Shown piece by piece: positions 17,421 to 26,327 of a stretch of DNA of 33,758 nt. Source of the stretch: an uncultured Bdellovibrio sp. Lineage in GTDB: Bacteria; Bdellovibrionota; Bdellovibrionia; Bdellovibrionales; Bdellovibrionaceae. The stretch spans positions 1 through 33,758 of the forward strand of contig CBIHPB010000001.1 in NCBI GenBank assembly GCA_966211485.1. The letters are read 5' to 3'. Position 1 is the stretch's first letter; each line of letters starts with the position of its first letter. Under the pieces are notes generated by a model. It was given only the letters and a program-made list of their open reading frames with translations, had not been told where the DNA came from and searched no databases. The position numbers and the translations under genes were made by a program.

Positions 17421-18656
17421 ATGCGAAAAGCAGCATGGATTTCTATTTTGTTCGTGCAAGTTTTAGGCATTTCCGCCTTCGCTCAACTGGATCCAGCTTC
17501 GGTGACGGCCAAAAAACTTCTCGAAAGAATCTCCAGCACCAAAGTTCCTGCCGATCACGCGCTGATTGCTCCGATGGCCGCCCGAATTCGCGCTGGAGAT
17601 TATGTTGGCGCCGCTGAAATTGCGCAAACGCATCCGAATTTCCTGAGTGTCACGGTCAAACAGATGGCATTGAAGATGTCGACTCGGGAAGAAACCATCC
17701 GCCTGAGCCTCAATGATTTCGCAGCTTCATTTATTGGCGTCACCCGCGATGAAACGGATGCCAGAGAATTGCTGACGGGAAACTTCTATTATATGGCGGA
17801 CGCGACCCGCTTGCCGGCCGGTGTGACTGTTCGAAGCGATCTGGCCAATGATATTTTGAAATCGAACAATCACTATCAGGATCTGGAAAGTCCACTGATA
17901 GATATAGGCTCGGTTTTAAAACGCGTCAGTGGTCAGCAAATGGTCGACGGAGCCAACGCAGTCGTCGCCAATCCAGATCCAGCCGGTGTGATCACGTCGC
18001 GGTCCTTTATGGGTGCGCATGCAACGGCTGGAACTTCGCGCCGTCCAGTTGAATTCACATTCCGAGAATTTATGTGTGTGCCAATTGAAGACTGGGCTGA
18101 CACCAAGGCGTCTGATATCCGTGTCGGTCAGGATATTGACCGTTTCCCAGGAAACGATCACTTGAAATATCAGACGACCTGCAAGGGCTGTCACTCGCAA
18201 ATGGACAGTCTGCGAGGTGCTTTCGCCAAATGGGATTTCACCGGGAATCGCATCATCAACGGGAAGGTTTCAATCAAGGCGGGTGACCTGAATGCGACGA
18301 CGGGACTTTCTGGAAAAGTCTCTCGCAACAATTCGGTTTTTTCAGGTGGCTACGTCACTACGGATGATTCATTTTTCAATAATGCGACTGGTTTTGCCAA
18401 TGCCGAAACTTTTGGCTGGCGTGGACCGGCCAGTGGAAATGGCGTCAAGGATCTTGGCACCATGGTGGCGAACTCGAAACGCTTTAGCATCTGCATGGTC
18501 AAGCGGGCTTATGATGCAATTTGCCGCTCGAACATGGTGCCCAAGCAAAACATGATTTTTCTTAGCCACCAGGCCAATAAGTTCGAACAAAATGGCTACA
18601 ATTTGAAACGACTTTTTAAAGAGCTGGCGGTCACCCAGCAGTGTATGGGGCAGTAA
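17421..18656 (+). CDS. Secreted PSD/DUF1588-like CxxCH protein (module B, gene 1)
   Basis: SD GAAAGGGGGG before the ATG, followed by a signal peptide. CKGCH at 18180-18194 sits in the context TTCKGCHSQMDSLRGAF, which resembles the CxxCHxxxDPxG core of planctomycete PSD-type domains. It is a paralog of the C-terminal part of 12709-14967. Confidence 0.75.
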   Translation: MRKAAWISILFVQVLGISAFAQLDPASVTAKKLLERISSTKVPADHALIAPMAARIRAGDYVGAAEIAQTHPNFLSVTVKQMALKMSTREETIRLSLNDFAASFIGVTRDETDARELLTGNFYYMADATRLPAGVTVRSDLANDILKSNNHYQDLESPLIDIGSVLKRVSGQQMVDGANAVVANPDPAGVITSRSFMGAHATAGTSRRPVEFTFREFMCVPIEDWADTKASDIRVGQDIDRFPGNDHLKYQTTCKGCHSQMDSLRGAFAKWDFTGNRIINGKVSIKAGDLNATTGLSGKVSRNNSVFSGGYVTTDDSFFNNATGFANAETFGWRGPASGNGVKDLGTMVANSKRFSICMVKRAYDAICRSNMVPKQNMIFLSHQANKFEQNGYNLKRLFKELAVTQQCMGQ

Positions 18657-19325
18657 ATGCGATTTGAAAAAAAGGGCAACACGCTTGTTTGGCTTTCACT
18701 GGCTTCGCTGGTGGGGGTTGCCATGTCCTTTCAAAGTTGCGGCCAGACTCCGTTTGGCGCCATGGGTTTTGAAGTGAAAGAACTGGAAAGCAGTGGCGGT
18801 GAAGCGGATACAGGCTACGTCACGGTTCCCTATGCTTTGCTGTCAGCCGATCAGGTTTTCAAAAGTATGGCGTCAGTCACAGGTGTGACTCCGGACGCAA
18901 CGATCACCAATGAGTTCAATTCTGTCTCCAATGTTTTGGGATCTGGATACGATCTGCGCCTGATGACTTCGCCGATGATGATCGGCAGTGCGAATCTGGC
19001 CAGCCGTTTCTGTAACGCCACAATAGCCGGTCCAATGACAAAGGGCCGTTTCTATCCAGGAATCGATTTCAGCAAAGGCGTTGAAAGCGTAGGCGGAGTT
19101 CCGCTTCTGACAGATGAAGCCTTTCAAGCCAGTGTCGAGCAGCTGAGCCAAGCATTCTGGGGCCGCATGCCAAGCTCGGAAGAATCTCAGATTCTCTACG
19201 AGGCGAAAGAAGAATTTTTAATGGAGTACTCGCCGATGGAAAAGCAAAGCGCGGATTCGTCGACGAAATTGATGTTGTTCACGTGCACAGCGATGTTGGT
19301 CAGTTTCGACGCCATGTCGTTTTGA
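18657..19325 (+). CDS. Small lipoprotein, function unknown (module B, gene 2)
   Basis: Starts immediately after the upstream stop (TAAATG). Signal plus MSFQSCG. The C-terminal LMLFTCTAMLVSFD matches the paralog at 12089-12712. Confidence 0.65.
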   Translation: MRFEKKGNTLVWLSLASLVGVAMSFQSCGQTPFGAMGFEVKELESSGGEADTGYVTVPYALLSADQVFKSMASVTGVTPDATITNEFNSVSNVLGSGYDLRLMTSPMMIGSANLASRFCNATIAGPMTKGRFYPGIDFSKGVESVGGVPLLTDEAFQASVEQLSQAFWGRMPSSEESQILYEAKEEFLMEYSPMEKQSADSSTKLMLFTCTAMLVSFDAMSF

Positions 19326-19347
19326 TGGGTTTGTGCAGGGGGAAAAG

Positions 19348-20784
19348 ATGGGGAAGAACAAAAAAGACATCCCAATGTGGGCTCGGACCGGTCATGCGAA
19401 ACCGGTTTCTCGACGTGAATTTCTGGCGTCGGGTCTGATTCCATTTTCCGCTTCTATGCTGATGCCGAACTGGACAAAGCTTCTGTTGCCAGAGCTGGTG
19501 GCAAATGCGGCCGAGCCCATTTGCTCGACAGGTGCTTCAGATTTGATTCCATTTGTAACTTTGAATCTGGCAGGAGGAGCCGGTCTCGCTGGAAATTATG
19601 TGGCATTGGACCAAGGTGGTCAGATGCTTCCGTCCTATAGTTTGGTGGGTCTTGGCAAAGCTCCAACAGTTGAAAATGAATTTGGCAAAGTCGGATTTGC
19701 CGGAATGAACAACGGAGTTCTGACCAGTAAATTTCTGCAGGGAATTCGCGAGCGAGCACCGACAGCCATTTCCAAGACAGCTTTTGTGGCATTGTGCGTG
19801 CGATCGCGCGATGACTCGAGCGAAAATCGATTTGCTGCCGACGGTATGGTGGCCAAAGCTGGCCTTCAAGGTGCGCTTTTGCCAAACCTGGGACAAAGGC
19901 AAAATACTTTGGCTGGAATTGGGCAGGAGCCTTCCACTGTCAATCCGCCGACACCATTGATTGTCAATAATTTCTCGGCTCTGACATCCTCTCTGGGATA
20001 CGCGGGCGCCATTGGCAGTGGCTTGAAGACGGCGCAAAAAGAATCGCTGGCTCGTCTGATCAGCCGCCTGTCTGAATCTCAATCTCGAAAGATTGCCAGC
20101 ATTCAATCAGGTGCTGAGATTAAAACTTTGCTTGATTGCGCCGGGATTAAAAATGAAGAGCTGGTCAAAGCTGGAACTAATGTTGTCGATCCACGTGCTG
20201 ATTCTTCAGCGGGGACTCAGCTCAGTACCATCTGGGGAATCAATGCCGGTACGAATGGAAATGACTCGAACTTGATTTTCGGCTCGATGGTTTACAACGC
20301 TTTGAGAGGCACAGCCGGGTCTGTTGCTTTGGAAATCGGTGGATACGATTATCACGATGGATCTCGCACAACGGGTGATAACAAGGATCTGGATGCGGGC
20401 CGGGCGGCGGGACGAATTTTGGAATCGGCAGCGGTCTTAAATAAACCGGTCTTTTTGTACATCACATCAGACGGTGCAACCTCATCGGTGAATTCGGATG
20501 CGCCGGGTGCCGCATGGACCAGCGATCGCGGAACAGCGGGACTGGCATTTATGCTTTACTTCAATCCATCGGGACGTCCGGAAACTTCGGGCTCTCAGAT
20601 CGGATGGTTTACCGACGGACAAACGGCGGATGAAACTTTCATCACCGGCAACAGTCCCGAGGCAGCGGCAGCGGCCGTCTTTGCCAACTATCTGGTGGCA
20701 AATAAGCGTCTGGATCTTTATGCCGGTATTGCGGGGCGAACGTTCGCAGGGGATCAGCTCGATAAAGTATTGAAATTCACGTAA
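19348..20784 (+). CDS. Tat-signal periplasmic protein with conserved GGYDYHDGSRTTGD motif, function unknown (module B, gene 3)
   Basis: The ATG at 19348 is preceded by AGGGGGA. The twin-arginine motif SRREFLASG has its RR codons at 19411-19416. It is a paralog of 10581-12068. Confidence 0.75.
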   Translation: MGKNKKDIPMWARTGHAKPVSRREFLASGLIPFSASMLMPNWTKLLLPELVANAAEPICSTGASDLIPFVTLNLAGGAGLAGNYVALDQGGQMLPSYSLVGLGKAPTVENEFGKVGFAGMNNGVLTSKFLQGIRERAPTAISKTAFVALCVRSRDDSSENRFAADGMVAKAGLQGALLPNLGQRQNTLAGIGQEPSTVNPPTPLIVNNFSALTSSLGYAGAIGSGLKTAQKESLARLISRLSESQSRKIASIQSGAEIKTLLDCAGIKNEELVKAGTNVVDPRADSSAGTQLSTIWGINAGTNGNDSNLIFGSMVYNALRGTAGSVALEIGGYDYHDGSRTTGDNKDLDAGRAAGRILESAAVLNKPVFLYITSDGATSSVNSDAPGAAWTSDRGTAGLAFMLYFNPSGRPETSGSQIGWFTDGQTADETFITGNSPEAAAAAVFANYLVANKRLDLYAGIAGRTFAGDQLDKVLKFT

Positions 20785-20795
20785 GGGGATTTTGG

Positions 20796-21989
20796 GTGTT
20801 TGGGGATATCAAAGATAGTCTGAAAAACGGAATCTCATTGGTTGTCATCATGACCAGTGCGGTGATCATTTTCCAGAACTGCGGCCGGGTTGGCTTTCAG
20901 GCTCAGAAGGGCACGGCCTTTGGCTCGGTCGGAATTTCTTCCGAAGCCTGCGAAAGCATTTTGAAACAGACTTACTCGCAAACTTATTTTCCACTGCTGA
21001 AAGTCAACTGCAACGCCTGCCATTCGGCCGGCCACGGCAGCACGGATCTAGAGACATCCTTCCGCGGATTTCAATCCAAGGGTGTGACCATGATCAACTA
21101 CAAGGCCACCAATCCGCATGGCGATAACGGAGTGAATCTCACATCCGAATTGGCCGAGATCAAAGAGGCCTGGGATGAAGGTCAAAGCAAGTACATGGAG
21201 TGCGTGTCTTCCGCTGATGATTCGGGCGGGACGGCCGGTGGCAAATTGAAAGTGATCGGAAAACCTGTACCTGATTTGGCAGTCACCGGAGTGCAAGCTC
21301 AGCAAGGCGCTTGGAAAACGGTCGAATGGGATTTGGAAACCGAAGTTCCAAAATCTCGTCAGGGACAGTTCCGGGCTTTCTTGAAAATTGAGGCTCGCCT
21401 GTCTTTAAATGGAATGAATATTGTCGGAATTGATTTCCGAAATCCAATGATGAAATTGAAATCGGCGGGCAATGGCCAATACATGAAAGCCAATGGCCTG
21501 AATATTTTGATCGACGACCAGATGATGTCCAATGTCACCATGTACACTGGCGTGTCGGCGACAATCACAGATGCGACCTATGTAAATCTGGCGCCGGGAT
21601 CGGGCGTGGCGCTGGCTTATTTACCGGATGTGAATGTGTCGATGCCAGTCTCGCTTGAAATCACAGATCTTCAATACACCAGCAACGATGGAACCACGAC
21701 AACGACCATGCCAAATGGTGGTGGCGGCGATAAAATTTCCTGGTCACAGCTGACAGGAGCCGATACGGCGGTGAATGTTTTCCGTCGACGATGTTACACC
21801 TGCCATCAAGGTCTGTCGGCGCAAAAAGGACTGGATCTTTCCGTCTATGCAACAGCCTCTGGCAAAGCGACCGAAATTCTGGGACGCGTGAATAATGCCG
21901 GAAGCCCCATGCCTCCGGGCGGATTGCTGTCGCAGCCCGAACGCGATCTCATTGGCCGCTGGGTCAACAACGGTGCTCCACAAAATTAG
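20796..21989 (+). CDS. Di-CxxCH lipoprotein with central beta-sandwich and PSCyt1-like C-terminus (module B, gene 4)
   Basis: The GTG at 20796 is preceded by AAGGGGA. Signal plus IIFQNCG. CNACH at 21009-21023 and CYTCH at 21792-21806. The protein ends in WVNNGAPQN. It is a paralog of 8854-10545 without the Calx-beta-like segment. Confidence 0.75.
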   Translation: MFGDIKDSLKNGISLVVIMTSAVIIFQNCGRVGFQAQKGTAFGSVGISSEACESILKQTYSQTYFPLLKVNCNACHSAGHGSTDLETSFRGFQSKGVTMINYKATNPHGDNGVNLTSELAEIKEAWDEGQSKYMECVSSADDSGGTAGGKLKVIGKPVPDLAVTGVQAQQGAWKTVEWDLETEVPKSRQGQFRAFLKIEARLSLNGMNIVGIDFRNPMMKLKSAGNGQYMKANGLNILIDDQMMSNVTMYTGVSATITDATYVNLAPGSGVALAYLPDVNVSMPVSLEITDLQYTSNDGTTTTTMPNGGGGDKISWSQLTGADTAVNVFRRRCYTCHQGLSAQKGLDLSVYATASGKATEILGRVNNAGSPMPPGGLLSQPERDLIGRWVNNGAPQN

Positions 21990-21992
21990 TAT

Positions 21993-22757
21993 TTAGTAAG
22001 GAATCGACAGCCGTGAAGCCAGCAGCGCTTTCGTGTGCGGGTGCTGCGGCTGCTGGAAGAGATTTTTCTTTTCGTCCAGCTCGACGATCATGCCTTCGGA
22101 CATGACAGCGACACGATTGGAGATTTGCTCGATCACTCGTAAGTCGTGAGAGATAAACAGATAGGTCAGGCCCAATCGGCTTTGCAAATCCTTCAGCAGC
22201 TGCAGGATTTGCGCTTGCACCGAAACATCCAGCGACGAGACGGCTTCATCGCAGATCAGAAGGCTTGGTTCGACAGCCAAGGCCCTTGCAATGCAGATCC
22301 GCTGGCGTTGGCCACCGGAAAAATCTCGCGGATGCCGGCTTTTCATGGCGGGATCCAAGCCGACCATTTTCAAAAGCTCATCGACACGTTCTTGCCGCTG
22401 CTTTGAATTTTCGCGAATCCCATGAACTTGCAGCGGCTCTTCTAACATCGTTCCGATCGTCAGGCGGGGATTGAGGCTGGCGTAGGGATCTTGAAACACC
22501 ATCTGAATCTGACGCCGAACCGGCAAAAGGGAAGATCCCTGCAAATGCGTGATGTCTAGCCCTTGAAATTCAATCGTCCCACTGTCTGGATCTATCAGGC
22601 GCATCAAGCAGCGAGCCAGTGTGGATTTTCCGGATCCGGATTCGCCCACCAAACCCAACGTTTCACCGCAATTCAATTGAAAGGACACTCCACGAAGAGC
22701 CTGCCGGTCTTTGAAGGACTTTGTCAGCTCGCGAACGCTCAGGAAGACTGGATTCAT
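21993..22757 (-). CDS. ABC transporter ATP-binding protein, OppF/DppF-like
   Basis: Walker [10 protein letters not shown], signature FSGGQRQR, Walker [13 protein letters not shown] and the H-loop SHDL. It overlaps the upstream ATPase gene by 4 nt. Confidence 0.9.
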   Translation of the reverse strand: MNPVFLSVRELTKSFKDRQALRGVSFQLNCGETLGLVGESGSGKSTLARCLMRLIDPDSGTIEFQGLDITHLQGSSLLPVRRQIQMVFQDPYASLNPRLTIGTMLEEPLQVHGIRENSKQRQERVDELLKMVGLDPAMKSRHPRDFSGGQRQRICIARALAVEPSLLICDEAVSSLDVSVQAQILQLLKDLQSRLGLTYLFISHDLRVIEQISNRVAVMSEGMIVELDEKKNLFQQPQHPHTKALLASRLSIPY

Positions 22758-23707
22758 GCTGGCCCGCCATTTTTCAGAGGGAAATAGCAGGCCACCGACT
22801 GGGTTGCAGATAAAGATTCAAGGCGCGGGTTTGACTCCAAACATTTAGCTTGAGCATAAGGGCAGCGCTCGGCGAATCGGCATCCGACTGGAAGATGATC
22901 GAATGGAGCAACCGATCCAGGGATCGCTTTTAGATTTTTGGCCGATTCCAGCAATCCTTTTGTGTAGGGGTGCCTCGGATGTTTGAAGATATCCGACACG
23001 CTTCCTGTTTCGATAATTTGTCCAGCATACATCACGGCTACTTCGTCGCAAACATGGCCGACGACCGCCAGATCATGGGTGATCAGAACCAAACCCAATT
23101 GCATGTCCTGCTTCAGTTGCTTCAGTAAATTCAGAATCTGCAGTTGCAGCGAGCTATCCAAAGCTGTTGTGGCTTCATCTGCGATCAGCAATTTGGGATT
23201 GCAACAGATTGCAAGGCCAATCAGAACGCGCTGTTGCTGTCCCCCGGATAGTTGATGTGGGTACTTTTCTAGAATTTCCTGTGGATTTGATAGATGCACT
23301 TTGCGAAGTGTTTCCGTGGCTTGGGCATGGATCTCATCTTCAGTGAGTTTTGGCTGATGCAAAGCGATTGTTTGCTTGAGCTGTTCGGCCACCGTGAAAG
23401 TCGGATTGAGTGATGTGTGGGGCTCTTGAAAAATCAATCCAATCTGGCTGCCACGAACCGAACGCAGATCATCGGCTGGGAGTTTCAGAAGGTCTCGTCC
23501 TTCGAACAGGATTTCGCCACCAGAGATCCGACCGGGAGGTGAAATCAATTTTAGAATCGACAGCGAAGTCATCGATTTTCCCGAGCCCGATTCGCCGACG
23601 ATGCCTAAAGCATGTCCTTGCTTCAAGGTGAAGCTCACATCATCCAGCACCCGGTAGGTTTGCTTGGCGGTGGCGATTTCGGTTTTCAGGTTTTTGACTT
23701 CAAGCAT
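22754..23707 (-). CDS. ABC transporter ATP-binding protein, OppD/DppD-like
   Basis: Walker [10 protein letters not shown], signature LSGGQQQR and Walker B LLIADEATTALD. The C-terminal Cys-containing oligopeptide-ATPase extension (CRFAERCPYAQAKC) is typical of the OppD/DppD family. Confidence 0.9.
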   Translation of the reverse strand: MLEVKNLKTEIATAKQTYRVLDDVSFTLKQGHALGIVGESGSGKSMTSLSILKLISPPGRISGGEILFEGRDLLKLPADDLRSVRGSQIGLIFQEPHTSLNPTFTVAEQLKQTIALHQPKLTEDEIHAQATETLRKVHLSNPQEILEKYPHQLSGGQQQRVLIGLAICCNPKLLIADEATTALDSSLQLQILNLLKQLKQDMQLGLVLITHDLAVVGHVCDEVAVMYAGQIIETGSVSDIFKHPRHPYTKGLLESAKNLKAIPGSVAPFDHLPVGCRFAERCPYAQAKCLESNPRLESLSATQSVACYFPLKNGGPA

Positions 23708-23725
23708 CTTGTTTAACTTGTTTAA
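23708..23725. repeat. Perfect tandem 9-bp repeat (CTTGTTTAA x2) abutting the ABC ATPase start codon
   Basis: Read directly from the sequence: 23708-23716 equals 23717-23725. On the coding (-) strand it reads TTAAACAAG TTAAACAAG ATG. It is followed by a duplicated AATTTTA (23724-23730 and 23734-23740), all within a 68-bp AT-rich divergent promoter gap. Confidence 0.9.
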
Positions 23726-23775
23726 TTTTACTCAATTTTAATGCCAGCGATCAAGGGTTCAAGTACAAAAAGGGA

Positions 23776-24450
23776 ATGCGTGATTTGTCTCAGGACTCCA
23801 GTCCCTTGGAAAATTATCTTCACATGCTCTTTCCAACCGAGCCTGGCGAACTTTTCGAAGAAGCACGCGAGGCTTCTCGGACTTTGAACAAAGCGGGCAT
23901 CAGTCTCAGTCCCCACGAAGCAAGATTGATGTCGACCCTGATTCACATGCAAAGATGCAAAAAATTTGTCGAGATCGGCACTTTGACCGGCCTCTCGGCG
24001 CTTTGGATTTTGCAAGGGTTGGAAGAAGGGGGCGAGCTCTGGACCTTGGAAAAGGACGAAGCTCACGCCAAAATCGCCAATCGCATCTTTGATCGCTACA
24101 AGGAAACAAAGACCGGCCGCAAGGTGCATCTGCTTGAAGGGGACGCTCAGAAGACTTTGCTGACTTTGGAAGACAAGGGACCTTTTGACGGCATTTTCAT
24201 CGATGGCAACAAATCAGCTTACGAGGTCTATCTCGACTGGGCGGAAAAAAATGTTCGACAGGGCGGTTTGATTATCGCCGATAATATTTTTCTTGGCGGG
24301 GCCGTCCTGACAGGAAACAAGGCCACCTTCTCGAAAAAACAAATCGATGTGATGAAATCCTTCAATGAGCGTTTGGCGGATCCGAAACGATATCGCGGTA
24401 CGATCATTCCGACTTCGGAAGGTTTGTTTGTTGCGATTAAGCAGTTTTAA
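23776..24450 (+). CDS. Class I SAM-dependent O-methyltransferase (caffeoyl-CoA OMT / YrrM-like family)
   Basis: SAM-binding VEIGTLTGLSALW, acidic LEKDE, and FIDGNKSAY plus GGLIIADN, which are characteristic of the cation-dependent O-methyltransferase family. Confidence 0.85.
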   Translation: MRDLSQDSSPLENYLHMLFPTEPGELFEEAREASRTLNKAGISLSPHEARLMSTLIHMQRCKKFVEIGTLTGLSALWILQGLEEGGELWTLEKDEAHAKIANRIFDRYKETKTGRKVHLLEGDAQKTLLTLEDKGPFDGIFIDGNKSAYEVYLDWAEKNVRQGGLIIADNIFLGGAVLTGNKATFSKKQIDVMKSFNERLADPKRYRGTIIPTSEGLFVAIKQF

Positions 24451-25193
24451 GTAGCAGTCGCAATCTCTTTCAAAAACTGCAAAACAGGCGCTTTATACTC
24501 CTCCGGATGTTCCTTCAACCCATCCACATGCTTCCCCTCAGGAATACTGAGCTTTTGCCAGTCAATTTGTGTGTGCGGTTCGAAAACCATGTCGATCATC
24601 TTCGGAGTGATCAAGGGATCCTTCCACCCTCGAATCGAAAGAACGCGGAATCCTTTCGGGAATTTTTCGAGATCTTGGCTGATGACTTCCAGAAAATGAG
24701 GATGCCAAAGACTGGCTGTCAAAAGGGCGGCCGCCGCTTTGATCGGATAAAGAACCAAAGAAATTTCATGGGTGAAGTAGTTCACCATCGAATGCCACAG
24801 CTGGCCCGATGGTCCGCCATCGCAGATCAAGCCCTTCACATCGGCTGCGTGTCGTCTGGCAACGGCTTCGATCGCACTGGCACTGGGATTTGAAAAAGCG
24901 AAGATGATTTTGTCGCCCGGAATCTCGTTCAGAATTCCCTCGATCTGATCGGCCCAAATATGTTTCAGGCCAAACTCCATTTGTGATGAAAAAAGATTGG
25001 TAGCGATACCACTCCAGTTGTCCCGAAGTTCCATCAACACGCAGTCAAATCCGGACTCATTCAAAAACTCGATGTGCCGTCTTAAGTTCTTTTTCTCGGC
25101 ACCAAAAAATGGAACCAGCAAAACAGTCTCTTGAAATTTCTTATGGGGGCTTGGAAACATCTCTCCGCGAGAGGGCAATTTAGCCTTAGTCAT
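24447..25193 (-). CDS. Hypothetical protein, possibly alpha/beta-hydrolase fold
   Basis: The beta-alpha pattern has candidate Ser (IIFAFSNPSAS), Asp (GWKDP) and His (EGKHVD) in the order expected for a catalytic triad. However, there is no canonical GxSxG, so the product call is weak. Confidence 0.45.
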   Translation of the reverse strand: MTKAKLPSRGEMFPSPHKKFQETVLLVPFFGAEKKNLRRHIEFLNESGFDCVLMELRDNWSGIATNLFSSQMEFGLKHIWADQIEGILNEIPGDKIIFAFSNPSASAIEAVARRHAADVKGLICDGGPSGQLWHSMVNYFTHEISLVLYPIKAAAALLTASLWHPHFLEVISQDLEKFPKGFRVLSIRGWKDPLITPKMIDMVFEPHTQIDWQKLSIPEGKHVDGLKEHPEEYKAPVLQFLKEIATAT

Positions 25194-25371
25194 GCGTTCA
25201 ATTTACTCTGCGATTAAACGATAGGCAAGCTGGCACACAGAAGGGAAAAAGCGCATTTCTGGCGTTTAAAATATAAATTCTTCCGTACAAAATATTGTCA
25301 GTTTCGGTGCTCGAGTGATTGCCCTAAATTACTGGATCAGGATCGAAAAAGGATCCGTATTTGGGGGCTTT

Positions 25372-26301
25372 ATGATGAACACAAAATCGACTCTGTTACT
25401 GACCTCAGTTCTGTTAAGCGTCCTGGCCTGTTCAAATGACAAAGGCTCAGGCTCTTCGTCGTCCGCGCCGAAAGCAGAGGCCACAAATGTTTCCGAAGTT
25501 CCCGCATTTCAAAAAACAAATCTGATGCCTGCCATTGGTGAAGATGGCTACAAAGAGTATGTCGAAACTCGTTATGGAAAAACCTGCCAAGTCTATCGCA
25601 GCGATAAAGGCGAGATTGAATCCTACCGCGACAAAGAAGGATTTGATGCCAACCTGAAAGTGGGCGACGAGTCCTTCACAAAGACTCAGACGACCAATCT
25701 CTTTGAAGACCGAAAATTTGAAGAACGCTACACAGTTTCCGAAAAATCGCTTCAGAAAGTTTCGTTGAAAATCACTTATTTCTCTCTGTTCTTCTCGGCG
25801 GCGGGCGGTGAATTGTTGACGAAGCCAGCTCCTGATCAAGGCGTCTGTGTGTTTGTCGGCGAGCATATGGACTGCGATTTTTCGAATAAAACGCCAGATG
25901 AAATGTCCGACTATCTGACTCCACAAGGTCTTCAGTACATGAAGACGCGAAAAGACAGCGAAGTCGAGATGGAAATGTGCCGCATTCAAAACGCCGACAG
26001 CTTTGATTCCAAGACCGAACTCGGTCAGTACAAACTGCAAGACGGTCAGTCGATCGAAGCCTACATGACCACTGAAATCGCCAAGGGCAAAGTTTTGTGT
26101 GGCGATAAAGACATGGGTGCTGGCGAAGTGAAATCGTACAAGGTGAACAGCTTTGCGATCAAAGCCATTCCTGGCATCGGTCACCTGACCGGCGAAATGC
26201 AGTGTGGTGGTGTTCTGCTGGTCGATTCACATGTGGTTTCAGTCGGCGGCAAAGCCGTGTCTTCTTACCGGTTCGAACAGGTCAAACCAGCCTTGAAATA
26301 G
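25372..26301 (+). CDS. Predicted lipoprotein, function unknown
   Basis: The ATG at 25372 is preceded by GGGGG. Signal plus lipobox SVLAC followed by SNDKGSGSSSS. The mature domain contains several Cys residues. I recognise no family. Confidence 0.6.
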   Translation: MMNTKSTLLLTSVLLSVLACSNDKGSGSSSSAPKAEATNVSEVPAFQKTNLMPAIGEDGYKEYVETRYGKTCQVYRSDKGEIESYRDKEGFDANLKVGDESFTKTQTTNLFEDRKFEERYTVSEKSLQKVSLKITYFSLFFSAAGGELLTKPAPDQGVCVFVGEHMDCDFSNKTPDEMSDYLTPQGLQYMKTRKDSEVEMEMCRIQNADSFDSKTELGQYKLQDGQSIEAYMTTEIAKGKVLCGDKDMGAGEVKSYKVNSFAIKAIPGIGHLTGEMQCGGVLLVDSHVVSVGGKAVSSYRFEQVKPALK

Positions 26302-26327
26302 TCCTGAGCTTGCATCTCTGAAGAGGG

